From NCBI GenBank assembly GCA_016703535.1, contig JADJBV010000002.1:2526152-2590151 (forward strand): a stretch of DNA of 64,000 nucleotides, read 5' to 3'. Source of the stretch: Deltaproteobacteria bacterium. GTDB taxonomy: Bacteria > Myxococcota > Kuafuiibacteriia > Kuafuiibacteriales > Kuafuiibacteriaceae. A program made the position numbers and the translations under genes. A model generated the notes under the pieces. That model ran no database searches and was not told the origin of the DNA. It was given only the letters and a program-made list of their open reading frames with translations. Positions 1-8,713 of this stretch are shown here, piece after piece (position 1 is the first letter of the stretch; the number at the start of each line of letters is the position of its first letter).

Positions 1-313
1 CCTTGGCGCCGGGCGTTTGATCGACGTCAGAGAAACCGACGAGCTGGTCTCGGAGCTCGGGCACATCGAAGGGATCGAACACGTACCTTTGGCGACCGTC
101 ACCTCTTCCGCCGCGTCTTGGGACCGTCAGCGCCCGATGATCGTGGTGTGCCGCTCCGGCGGCCGCTCCGGGAAGGCAGCCCTGCAGCTCGAGGCCTTGG
201 GCTTCACCAAGGTGGTCTCGATGCGGGGCGGGATGCTCGAGTGGAATCGGGTGCGCCTGCCGATCACGCGAGATCCGGTGACGGCGCCGGCGGCGGCCGC
301 GAGGGCCAGTTGA
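1..313 (+). CDS. Rhodanese-like domain protein (5' end probably outside window)
   Basis: The frame is open from base 2. It carries IDVRE..GHIEG..VVCRSGGRSGKAA (active-site Cys loop) and a GGMLEW tail. The stop overlaps the next start (TGATG at 311-315). Confidence 0.8.
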   Translation, partial: LGAGRLIDVRETDELVSELGHIEGIEHVPLATVTSSAASWDRQRPMIVVCRSGGRSGKAALQLEALGFTKVVSMRGGMLEWNRVRLPITRDPVTAPAAAARAS

Positions 314-1101
314 TGCGGACCATCGCCTTCACCACCAACCTCCACCCCGATGAGTCGGCCACCATCGCCGCCGCCGCCGCCTTGGCGATCGCCAGCAAGG
401 CCAAGTTGTACACGGTGCACGCGACCGCCGGTGGGCCCCCCGCCTCGGAGTTGCCTCACCCGGAGCTGCTGGCCCGGGGATGGGGCCACACCATCGAGGT
501 CGAGCAGCTGGTGCACACCTGTTGTGACGACGTGACCGACACCTTACTCGACGCGCTCCGCCGGATCGGGCCCCAGCTGGTGGTGGCCGGCACCCACCAG
601 CGGGGCAACCTCTCCCAACTCCTCTCCGGGAGCGTCGCCGAGTCGGTGGCCCGCAACGTCGCGGTGCCCACCTTGGTGATCCCGCTGGAAGGACGAAGTT
701 TGGTCGACCCCTCCACCGGGGCCCTGAACCTCCGCCGGATCTTGGTGCCCCAAGGGGATCTCGCCAGCACCCGGGCCGGCCTCTCGGCGGCCGATTGGCT
801 CTTGCGAGCGACCGGGGCGCCGGTGGCCGACACCCTGTTGCTCCACGTCGATGACGGGACGCCGATCACCGAACTCGAGGAGGCGCCGCCGACCCTTCGC
901 GTTTTGCGCCGGACGCTCCAAGGTGGTTTGGAGCACGAGATCACCAAAGCGGTCTCGGAGCTCGACGCCTGTTTGGTGGTCATGGCTACCCGGGGGCACA
1001 ACGGGGTGATCGACACCTTGCTTGGATCCCACACCGAACGGGTGTTGCGAGCGGTCCGTTGCCCGGTGCTGGTGGTCCCGGTCGGCGCCCAGCTGCATTG
1101 A
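313..1101 (+). CDS. Universal stress protein, tandem USP domains
   Basis: ATG at 313 inside ORF 118..1101. Two USP-like halves each end in G(T/A)xxRG...GS(V/H)(A/T)E..(V/L)R...PVLV(I/V)P motifs. Confidence 0.8.
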   Translation: MRTIAFTTNLHPDESATIAAAAALAIASKAKLYTVHATAGGPPASELPHPELLARGWGHTIEVEQLVHTCCDDVTDTLLDALRRIGPQLVVAGTHQRGNLSQLLSGSVAESVARNVAVPTLVIPLEGRSLVDPSTGALNLRRILVPQGDLASTRAGLSAADWLLRATGAPVADTLLLHVDDGTPITELEEAPPTLRVLRRTLQGGLEHEITKAVSELDACLVVMATRGHNGVIDTLLGSHTERVLRAVRCPVLVVPVGAQLH

Positions 1102-1113
1102 CGTCCCTTGGGC

Positions 1114-2109
1114 TCAGGCGCGCAACAGGGCGTGGAGATCGGCGATCAGCGCCGCCTCGGGGATCGGGGCCGGGGCCTCGTCGGCGGCCGTGCGACCTTT
1201 GCGTAGCCCGAGGACATCCCGGCTCAGCAGCGTCTGGGCCATCTGCATAAAACCACGGGAGCAGTCATCCAGCGGATCCAGCTGGATCAAGGGTCGCCGG
1301 GCGTTGATCGACTCTCCAAATCGCCGGTTGAAGCGGAGGTGCCCAAGTTGGTTGGCTTCGATTCCTAAGAAGTCCTGGAACATCTTGGCCACCGCCACCA
1401 AGGTGCCCCGCTCCTTCGGGGAGACGATCTGGTTGCCGATCAACTCGACGCCGAAGTGTTGTAGGCGAGCTTTGGCCATCCGCGCGTAGGTCGGGTCATG
1501 TTCCCTTAGCCGCGTCAGCAGCCCCGGGATCCGATCGGTTTCGCTGGGCGGAGAGGCGATCTGATAGAGCTCCCGCCGGGCTTGGGTGTCAGCCGCGCCT
1601 TCGATCGAGCGGTGGACCGCGGCCTTGAGAAAGGCATAGGCGTTCTGGAAGGAGGTGAGCTGGGGGAGCACCACGACCAACCGCAGGTCCGCCAGGTTAT
1701 AGAGGTCGATCACGTCGAAGGAGATGCCGGCGCCGACGTCGATCAACACCACGTCGGCCGACACGTTGATCACCGCCTCCATCAGCCGGGCTTTGGCGTT
1801 GCCTTCCAGGTTGGCGGCCCCCGGGATGGCGCCACAACCGGGGGCCAACAGCAGGCCCGGGGTCCCGGTCTCGACCAAGATCTCGCTGAGTTCTCGGTGT
1901 TGGCCTTGGATGATCCCGTGGAGCGTAGGCCCGGTACGGTCCAGCCCGAACATCGTGTGTTGGTTGGCGGCGCCCAGATCCGCGTCGACCAGGACCGTCC
2001 GTTTCCCCAAGCGGGCGAGGGCCACCGCCAGGTTGGAGGAGACGATGCTCTTGCCGACGCCACCCTTTCCGCCTCCGATCGCGATGAAGATCTTGTCCGG
2101 GTTGGGCAT
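1114..2109 (-). CDS. ParA/MinD-family P-loop ATPase (FlhG/FleN-like by context)
   Basis: Deviant Walker A at the N-terminus (IAIGGGKGGVGKS) followed by VLVDADLGAANQ. It lies 15 nt downstream of the HDOD gene and next to the flagellin locus. Confidence 0.85.
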   Translation of the reverse strand: MPNPDKIFIAIGGGKGGVGKSIVSSNLAVALARLGKRTVLVDADLGAANQHTMFGLDRTGPTLHGIIQGQHRELSEILVETGTPGLLLAPGCGAIPGAANLEGNAKARLMEAVINVSADVVLIDVGAGISFDVIDLYNLADLRLVVVLPQLTSFQNAYAFLKAAVHRSIEGAADTQARRELYQIASPPSETDRIPGLLTRLREHDPTYARMAKARLQHFGVELIGNQIVSPKERGTLVAVAKMFQDFLGIEANQLGHLRFNRRFGESINARRPLIQLDPLDDCSRGFMQMAQTLLSRDVLGLRKGRTAADEAPAPIPEAALIADLHALLRA

Positions 2110-2123
2110 GGCGCTCTTTCGGC

Positions 2124-3047
2124 TCAGACCATCGCTTGGTGTTGAGCTTCGTAGAGCTCCTTCACCTGTACGACCAAGTCCGCCATCGCCGTCGTATCGA
2201 GGTCAAAGTAGGAGGCGGACTCCTCTTCGGCCAGGTCGATCGGCTCGGGCTCGTCTTTGGGGGGCACCAAGGTCCCGATCTGTAAAGTATGGGCAATTTT
2301 GTCAGCCAGGTTGGTGGCGTAGACCAGGTCTTCGTTTCCTTCGGCCACCGTCGAGACCAACTCGAGGTCGTGGTGCAAAAAGACCGCTTGGCCCAGCCGG
2401 GGCGAAAGGGCCCACCGCTCGAGCAACAGCCCCCCCACGTCCACGTGGGAGAATCCAAACACCTGGTGTTCGGCCTCGATCGAGGTCAGGCCTTCTTCGG
2501 CGGCGAGCTGCACCGACTGAGCGAAGGCGTCCCGGGCACCGTTGTTCATCACCACCTTGCCGACGTCGTGCATCAGGCCGGCGACGAAGGACTCGTCTCG
2601 GTGGGGCAACTTCTTCTTCACGGCGATGGCGTGGGCGGCCACCGCCACCGCGACCGAATGTTCCCACATCGCGTGCTCCACCTTGCCGAAGCGTTTGTAG
2701 ATCATCCGGTTGGCGACTGAGACCACGATGCCTCTAAGAGTATTGAGGCCGACGATCATCGCCGCCTGCTGGAGGTTCTTCACCTCCCGGGCCTGGGCGT
2801 AGAGCGGGGAGTTGGCCACCTTGAGGACCCGGGCGGTCAGGCCCTGGTCTTCGGCCAGGATGCGGGTCAGGTGGGAGACGTTGACGTCCGGGTTGGCCAT
2901 CTCCTTGATGGCGCGCTGGGCCACGACTGGGATCGTGGGGATCTCCAGGTTCTTCTCGATCAGGATCGAGAGTTGGTTGGGGTCCTGGCGTTGTTGGGCG
3001 GCAAGCATAGAAGACACCCTCGGGGCGCTTCTCTGGTCATCGGCCAA
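2124..3047 (-). CDS. HDOD domain signalling protein
   Basis: HDOD hallmarks: IPTIPVVAQRAIKEM, LKVANSPLY, HS.AVA..A, GLMHDVGKVV. An alternative start at 3008 has a better GAGGG Shine-Dalgarno. Confidence 0.85.
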   Translation of the reverse strand: MADDQRSAPRVSSMLAAQQRQDPNQLSILIEKNLEIPTIPVVAQRAIKEMANPDVNVSHLTRILAEDQGLTARVLKVANSPLYAQAREVKNLQQAAMIVGLNTLRGIVVSVANRMIYKRFGKVEHAMWEHSVAVAVAAHAIAVKKKLPHRDESFVAGLMHDVGKVVMNNGARDAFAQSVQLAAEEGLTSIEAEHQVFGFSHVDVGGLLLERWALSPRLGQAVFLHHDLELVSTVAEGNEDLVYATNLADKIAHTLQIGTLVPPKDEPEPIDLAEEESASYFDLDTTAMADLVVQVKELYEAQHQAMV

Positions 3048-3161
3048 GCTGGGCCGGCCTCAAGTGCCGCTTCTAAAGGCTGTTTTGACTAGTGGTTCTG
3101 GCCATCTGCCGCCGCGGTGGATCCTTTTGAGCCGAAGTGAGGTGCCCCTTGCCGGTACGTC

Positions 3162-3188
3162 TCAAGAGGGCCCGATCCCCCCCGATAC
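3162..3188 (+). promoter_or_regulatory. Candidate sigma28 (FliA)-type promoter of flagellin 1
   Basis: TCAA-N15-CCCGATAC, compared with the consensus TAAA-N15-GCCGATAA. The same TCAA-N15-CCCGAT architecture occurs at the same distance (about 57 nt) upstream of flagellin 2. Confidence 0.55.
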
Positions 3189-3245
3189 ATGTTCCTCGAG
3201 AGGCCAAGACGGTCTCGACTAGGAATCCACGGAGGAAACGCAGTT

Positions 3246-4739
3246 ATGGCTATTGGAATCAATTCCAACATCATGTCGCTGAACGCCCAGCGCCAACTCG
3301 GACGGTCCGGGAACGACCTCGCCACTTCAATGGCGAGGCTCTCCAGCGGTCTGAGGATCAACAGCGCGAAGGATGACGCGGCTGGTTTGGCAATTTCTGA
3401 TCGGATGACGTCTCAGATCCGGGGCCTGAACCAGGCTTCTCGGAACGCGAACGACGCCATCTCCTTGGCCCAAACGGCGGAAGGCGCGCTTCAGGAGAGC
3501 ACCAAGTTGCTCCACCGGATGCGTGACCTCTCCGTGCAGTCTGCCAACGATTCGAACAGTGCCACCGACCGCGCGAACCTGCAAAAGGAGGTCACCCAGA
3601 TCAAGGCAGAGCTGGACCGGATCGCGACCTCGACTCAGTTCAACGGTAAGAGGCTCCTCGACGGGACCTTCACCGCTCAGAGCTTTCATATTGGCGCTTT
3701 TGCCAATGAAAACCTCTCGATCAGCCTTGGGAATGCTCGTTCCAACAACATCGGAGCGAACGAGCTCAACACCTCAGGCGACAACGCTCAGGCTGCTACG
3801 GCGGCCGCTGCCCTCCCGGCTGCCAACTCGGTTGCCGCCGGCGAGGATCTCACGGTCTCCGGATCCCTCGGATCCGCGACGATCGATGTAGCGGTCGGCG
3901 CTTCGGCTCGAGCGGTGGCGCTCCAGGTGAACGGGGCGACCGCTGGCACAGGAGTGACGGCGACGGCGGTGACTAGGGCCCGGATCGAGAACGTGTCCGC
4001 GGGCGGAACCATTGCGTTTTCGCTCTCGGGCTCGGGCACGGCGGCTGTGCAGGCTACCGTGGCTTCGGCTGGGGACCTGAGTGAGCTCGCAGATTCGATC
4101 AACGGCGTCGCTTCGACCACGGGAGTCACCGCACAACTCAGCACGGATCGAGCCAGCATCGAGCTGGTCTCTTCCGAGGGTTATGATATCGGCGTCGCCA
4201 ACAGCGGCGCTGGTAGCGGTGGTGACGCGATCGATATCGACGTGCAGGGCCTGGATCAGGATGGTGTGGCGGCTGGTGCGGCGGTGACGCTGGCCAGCGG
4301 TGGCAACGACAGCACGCGAGTGGGTGGGACGCTGACCTTCAGCTCTCCCACGAACTTCACGGTGACTTCTGCGGCAGCCGGTGCGCTGTTTGCGGCGACC
4401 ACCGCGAATGCTTCGGCCCTCAACGCGGTGTCGGCGGTCAACATCGGTACCCAAGCTGGAGCGAATAACTCCATCGCGGTGATCGACGCGGCCATCCAGT
4501 TCATCGATGATCAGCGTGGTGACCTCGGCGCGGTGCAGAACCGACTCGAAGCGACCATCGCCAACTTGGACAACGTCGCCGAAAATGTTACGGCGGCGCG
4601 GGCCCGGGTGGTGGATGCGGACTTCGCGGCCGAAACCGCCAAGCTGACTCGGAACCAGATCCTGCAGCAGGCCGGTGTGGCGATGCTCGCGCAAGCGAAC
4701 CAAGCCCCGCAGGTCGCGCTTTCGTTGCTCCAGCGTTGA
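3246..4739 (+). CDS. fliC: Flagellin (about 497 aa) with two flagellin-IN-like motifs in the central domain
   Basis: [19 protein letters not shown]-terminus and ...[32 protein letters not shown]-terminus. GGAGGA lies 9 nt upstream of the ATG at 3246. Confidence 0.95.
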   Translation: MAIGINSNIMSLNAQRQLGRSGNDLATSMARLSSGLRINSAKDDAAGLAISDRMTSQIRGLNQASRNANDAISLAQTAEGALQESTKLLHRMRDLSVQSANDSNSATDRANLQKEVTQIKAELDRIATSTQFNGKRLLDGTFTAQSFHIGAFANENLSISLGNARSNNIGANELNTSGDNAQAATAAAALPAANSVAAGEDLTVSGSLGSATIDVAVGASARAVALQVNGATAGTGVTATAVTRARIENVSAGGTIAFSLSGSGTAAVQATVASAGDLSELADSINGVASTTGVTAQLSTDRASIELVSSEGYDIGVANSGAGSGGDAIDIDVQGLDQDGVAAGAAVTLASGGNDSTRVGGTLTFSSPTNFTVTSAAAGALFAATTANASALNAVSAVNIGTQAGANNSIAVIDAAIQFIDDQRGDLGAVQNRLEATIANLDNVAENVTAARARVVDADFAAETAKLTRNQILQQAGVAMLAQANQAPQVALSLLQR

Positions 4740-4798
4740 TGTTCGTTCCCGATAGCGGTCCGGTTTAGCCACTGGATCGCGCTTCTGGATCGATCGTC

Positions 4799-4860
4799 GA
4801 CCTCTGCCCGCGCCACGCACCTGATGGGTCGTGACGGCGGGCAGAGGTCTGTCTTTTTTC
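4799..4860 (+). terminator. Rho-independent-type terminator after flagellin 1
   Basis: A 12-bp perfect stem (GACCTCTGCCCG at 4799-4810 pairs with CGGGCAGAGGTC at 4838-4849) is followed by TGTCTTTTTT. The loop is unusually long (27 nt). Confidence 0.6.
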
Positions 4861-4922
4861 GACGCACGTTTTTCGATACGCATCATAACGGACCGCGATC
4901 CTTCGCCAAGGGACCGATCCGC

Positions 4923-4949
4923 TCAACCGGGCCTGACGCTGCCCGATTG
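4923..4949 (+). promoter_or_regulatory. Candidate sigma28-type promoter of flagellin 2
   Basis: TCAA-N15-CCCGATTG, 57 nt upstream of the ATG at 5006, mirroring the element at 3162-3188. Confidence 0.55.
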
Positions 4950-5005
4950 CTGCCTTACGAACGGGGCCAAGAAGGTCCCGTGCACATCCAAGGAGGATGA
5001 ATCGT

Positions 5006-6496
5006 ATGGCTATTGGCATCAACACTAACGTCATGTCGCTGAATGCTCAGCGCCAACTCAGCCGCTCGGGCAGCGACCTTTCGGTTTCGATGGCTCGCCT
5101 CTCCAGTGGTATGCGGATCAACAGCGCGAAAGACGACGCCGCTGGTCTGGCGATCTCCAATCGCATGACCTCGCAGATCCGGGGCCTCAACCAGGCCTCG
5201 CGAAACGCGAACGACGCCATCTCACTCGCCCAGACGTCGGAAGGCGCGCTTCAGGAGAGCACCAAGTTGCTCCACCGGATGCGTGACCTCTCGGTTCAGT
5301 CGGCCAACGACTCGAACAGCGCGACCGACCGCGCCAACTTGCAGAAGGAGGTCACCCAGATCAAGGCGGAGCTGGACCGCATCGCGACCACCACTCAGTT
5401 CAACGGCAAGAAGTTGCTGGACGGGACCTTTACCGCCCAAAGCTTCCACATCGGTGCCTTCGCCAACGAGAACATCTCGCTGAGCCTCGGGAACGCCCGG
5501 AGCAGCAGCATCGGCGCCAACGTCCTGCAGCTGGACGGCGACAACGCTCAAGCGGCGGCTGCCGCTGCGGCTTTGCCGGCGGCCAACTCGGTGGCGGCGG
5601 GCGAAGACTTGACCATCTCCGGGACCTTGGGTTCGACCACGGTTGACGTGGCCGTGGGCGGCACCGCCAACGCGATCGCGGCTCAGGTCAACGCGGCCAG
5701 CGCCGGCACCGGCGTGACGGCTTCGGCGGTGACCAAGGCGCGGATCGAAGGCGTTTCGGCGACGGGCAACGTGGCGTTTTCGCTGTCGGGTTCGGGCACG
5801 GCCGCCGTCTCGGCGAACGTGGCCTCGGCCAGCGACCTCACCGACCTGGCTTCGGCCATCAACGGTGTGGCTTCGACCACGGGTGTGACCGCGGAGCTGA
5901 GCTCTGACCGGGCCAGCATCGTGCTGACCTCGTCCGAGGGCTACGACATCGGCATCGCCAACAACGGCGCCGGGTCGGGTGGTGACGCGATCGACATCGA
6001 TGTGCAGGGCCTCGACCAAGACGGCGCCGCGGCTGGCGCGGCTGTCACCTTGGCCTCGGGCGGCAACGATAGCACCCGGGTGGGTGGTTCCTTGAGCTTC
6101 TCTTCGGCGAGCAACTTTACGGTGACCTCCGCGGCGGCCGGTGCGCTGTTCGCGGCGACCACCGCCAACGCCTCGTCGTTGAGCGCGGTTTCGTCGATCG
6201 ACATCGGTACCCAGGCGGGCGCCAACAACTCGTTGGCGGTGATCGACTCGGCGATTCAGTTCATCGACGACCAGCGGGCCGACCTCGGCGCGGTTCAGAA
6301 CCGCCTCGAGTCGACCATCAGCAACCTCGACAACGTCGCCGAAAACGTCTCGGCCGCGCGGTCGCGGGTCGTCGACGCGGACTTCGCTTCGGAGACCGCA
6401 AAACTGACGCGGAACCAGATCCTGCAGCAGGCTGGCGTGGCGATGCTCGCCCAGGCCAACCAGGCTCCGCAGGTGGCTCTGTCGTTGCTCCGTTAG
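5006..6496 (+). CDS. fliC: Flagellin paralog (about 496 aa)
   Basis: Collinear with flagellin 1 along its whole length and highly similar by eye. AGGAGG lies 9 nt upstream of the ATG at 5006; the ATG at 4997 has no spacer. Confidence 0.95.
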   Translation: MAIGINTNVMSLNAQRQLSRSGSDLSVSMARLSSGMRINSAKDDAAGLAISNRMTSQIRGLNQASRNANDAISLAQTSEGALQESTKLLHRMRDLSVQSANDSNSATDRANLQKEVTQIKAELDRIATTTQFNGKKLLDGTFTAQSFHIGAFANENISLSLGNARSSSIGANVLQLDGDNAQAAAAAAALPAANSVAAGEDLTISGTLGSTTVDVAVGGTANAIAAQVNAASAGTGVTASAVTKARIEGVSATGNVAFSLSGSGTAAVSANVASASDLTDLASAINGVASTTGVTAELSSDRASIVLTSSEGYDIGIANNGAGSGGDAIDIDVQGLDQDGAAAGAAVTLASGGNDSTRVGGSLSFSSASNFTVTSAAAGALFAATTANASSLSAVSSIDIGTQAGANNSLAVIDSAIQFIDDQRADLGAVQNRLESTISNLDNVAENVSAARSRVVDADFASETAKLTRNQILQQAGVAMLAQANQAPQVALSLLR

Positions 6497-6511
6497 TGCA
6501 TTGAGAGGGGT

Positions 6512-6536
6512 CCGGCGGGGTAGCGCGCCCCGCCGG
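6512..6536 (+). terminator. GC-rich hairpin after flagellin 2 (possible weak terminator or attenuator, no T-tract)
   Basis: CCGGCGGGG-tagcgcg-CCCCGCCGG, a 9-bp stem with a 7-nt loop, 16 nt after the TAG stop. Confidence 0.4.
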
Positions 6537-6553
6537 GCTCCGAGGTGCCGGGT

Positions 6554-6952
6554 ATGAAAACCGCGGATCTACCAACTGGCCTTCGCGCCCCTCGGCTCGA
6601 GGAGATCACCCGCCTTCAGCGGCTTCATCGAGACGAGGTCCGCCCTCATGGACTTGCTCCCCCGACCTCCGAGGTCGATCGGGAGGAGGTCGCAGTCAAA
6701 CCTACTTCGCCTCCTTCGGGCGCTGAGCTCGAGGAGGCCCTCACCACGGTCAATCAGCACCAACAGGTCGTTCAGCAGTCCCTCCAATTTGAGGTCGACG
6801 CCGATCTGGATCGAACCGTCGTCAAACTGGTCGATAGTAAGACAGGAGAAGTGGTCCGGCAGATCCCCTCCGAAGAGCTGGTGGCGATCGCCAAAAGGCT
6901 CAAGGACTCCGGGAAACCGCCGGCCGGGCTCTTGTTCGAGACGGAGGTCTGA
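6554..6952 (+). CDS. flaG: FlaG-family flagellar protein
   Basis: The C-terminal LQFEVDADLDRTVVKLVDSKTGEVVRQIPSEELVAIAKRL is typical FlaG. It sits between flagellin and fliD. The start is at 6554 (ATG) or 6545 (GTG). Confidence 0.8.
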   Translation: MKTADLPTGLRAPRLEEITRLQRLHRDEVRPHGLAPPTSEVDREEVAVKPTSPPSGAELEEALTTVNQHQQVVQQSLQFEVDADLDRTVVKLVDSKTGEVVRQIPSEELVAIAKRLKDSGKPPAGLLFETEV

Positions 6953-8355
6953 TGGTCCGCGCAACAGGATTGGGCTCTGGCTTGGACGTCGAGGGGCTGG
7001 TCACTCAGCTGATCGCCGCCGAAGCCAACCCGCAGACCGTTCGGCTGAACCGAAACGAGACGGCGTTTCAAGCCAAGATCTCGGCTTATGGCGCCCTCCG
7101 CGGGGCCTTGACCGAGTTTCAGAACGCCCTCTCCGGTTTGAAGGATCTCACCTCCCTTTCGGCCCGGAAGGTGGTGATGTCCGACGACACCCACTTCGCC
7201 GCCACCGCCGGGGAAGAGGCAGTGCCCGGCGTCTACGAGGTCGAGGTGGTGAGTTTGGCCGAACCCCATCGGCTGATGTCCACCGGCGTGGCCACTCCAG
7301 CGACGGCGGTCGGCACCGGTACTTTGACCATCACCTCGGGCGCCGAGTCTTTTGCGGTCACCGTCGGCGCCAGCAACCAGACCTTGGAGGGGATCCGGGA
7401 CGCGATCAACGCCGCCACCGACAATGACTCGGTGGACGCCACCATCATCACTGTCGACAACGGCAGCGGCGGCAGTGAGTCCCGCCTGATCTTGTCCGCT
7501 CGGGAGACTGGGACCGCAAATGCAATCCAGGTTGCGGTCACCGGCGACGGCGACGCCAACAACACCGACGCCCTGGGGCTCTCCCAGTTGTCGTACACCA
7601 CCGGCGCCCAGAACCTGACCGAACAGCAACCGGCCGTGGATGCGGTCATCGAGGTCTACGGCCAGACCGTCACCCGCAGCACCAACTCGATCGAAGACGC
7701 GATCACTGGCGTCACCTTAGATCTGAAGGAGGCCGAGGTCGGCGCAACCACCACGGTGACCATCAGCCTGGACACCGGGAAGCTCAAGGACTCGATCAAC
7801 GGCTTCGTGAAGTCGTACAACACCCTCACCGCCAACCTTCGGAACCTCTCGAAGTACGACGCGGCCACCGGCAGTAAGGGCGCCTTGTTGGGTGACAGCA
7901 CCCTGCGGGCGGTCGACTCGCGCTTGCGCCGGATGATCGGCGAGGCCGCCGACGTGGACGGGGCCTTCAAGACCCTGGCTTCGATCGGGGTGAAGGTCGA
8001 CGACAAGGGCGTCTTGTCGGTGGACGCCGACGACCTGGACGCCGCCTTGGCCTCGGACTTCGCCGACGTCGCCACCTTGTTCGGCGCCGAAGAGACCGGC
8101 CTGGGCGCACGCCTCGACGAGATGCTCGAAGGATATACTGAAGGGAAGGGCATCATCCAGGCCCGGGTGGACGGCCTGCAGGCCGGGCTCAAAGACGTGG
8201 CCGACCAACGGGTGGCCTTGGAGCGCCGCATCGAAGGATTGGAGAGCCGCTTTCGGGCCCAGTTCAACGCGATGGATCAGATCGTGTCCCAACTCAGCTC
8301 CACCTCCAGCTTCCTCGCCGGTCAGCTCGCCAGCCTGCCGGGATTCGTGCGGTAG
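6952..8355 (+). CDS. fliD: Flagellar filament cap protein FliD (HAP2)
   Basis: N-terminus GLGSGLDVEGLVTQLIAAE...AKISAYGAL and a C-terminal FliD_C-like region (RFRAQFNAMDQIVSQL). The ATG overlaps the flaG stop (TGATG). Confidence 0.92.
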   Translation: MVRATGLGSGLDVEGLVTQLIAAEANPQTVRLNRNETAFQAKISAYGALRGALTEFQNALSGLKDLTSLSARKVVMSDDTHFAATAGEEAVPGVYEVEVVSLAEPHRLMSTGVATPATAVGTGTLTITSGAESFAVTVGASNQTLEGIRDAINAATDNDSVDATIITVDNGSGGSESRLILSARETGTANAIQVAVTGDGDANNTDALGLSQLSYTTGAQNLTEQQPAVDAVIEVYGQTVTRSTNSIEDAITGVTLDLKEAEVGATTTVTISLDTGKLKDSINGFVKSYNTLTANLRNLSKYDAATGSKGALLGDSTLRAVDSRLRRMIGEAADVDGAFKTLASIGVKVDDKGVLSVDADDLDAALASDFADVATLFGAEETGLGARLDEMLEGYTEGKGIIQARVDGLQAGLKDVADQRVALERRIEGLESRFRAQFNAMDQIVSQLSSTSSFLAGQLASLPGFVR

Positions 8356-8361
8356 CCACCG

Positions 8362-8673
8362 ATGAGCGCCGAGTTGCCCCCGATCTTTCGAGAAGCCCTC
8401 TCCCTCAACGGCGTGATCCGGGAGGTCGCCAAAACCGGCGACTTCGATCAGGTGTTGCGCCTGCTGGAGGAGCGCCAAGCGATGTTGGAGGAGGCCTTCT
8501 CCTTCGGCGTCCCTCCCGAGGTGGTGCCGCTGTTGCGCGCCGAACTCGACCACCTGCGCCAAGCCGACCAAGAGCTCCTGACCCTTTTGGAAGAGGCGCG
8601 GCTGGCTCTCCGAGAGAACCAACGTTCGCTCGACTTGGAACGCCGAGCTCAAGTGGCGTACGGCCGCGTTTGA
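8362..8673 (+). CDS. Hypothetical 103-aa helical protein between fliD and fliS (possible FliT-like chaperone, by position only)
   Basis: The ORF starts 7 nt after the fliD stop. Leu/Glu-rich helical composition; no motif recognised. Confidence 0.55.
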   Translation: MSAELPPIFREALSLNGVIREVAKTGDFDQVLRLLEERQAMLEEAFSFGVPPEVVPLLRAELDHLRQADQELLTLLEEARLALRENQRSLDLERRAQVAYGRV

Positions 8674-8713
8674 ACCCGGCCCAGAACGGCCGAACTCGAT
8701 TGCTGAGCCACCC

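Noticed and set aside
118-1101. A 327-aa version of the USP gene starting at 118.
   Set aside because: The first 65 codons overlap the rhodanese gene in another frame and are Gly/Arg-rich. The USP fold begins at the ATG at 313, which is coupled to the rhodanese stop.
3774-4886. Long antisense or alternate-frame ORFs throughout the track. Examples: 3774..4886(-), 5222..6019(-), 7717..8721(-), 15649..17376(+), 17510..19561(-), 28056..29771(-), 35765..37009(-), 43832..45286(-), 53912..55108(+), 58321..60099(-), 62599..63939(-).
   Set aside because: They overlap genes with clear family signatures on the other strand or in another frame. Their translations are Arg/Gly/Pro/Ala/His-rich low-complexity strings with no motifs. 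This is the expected stop-codon depletion of a high-GC genome.
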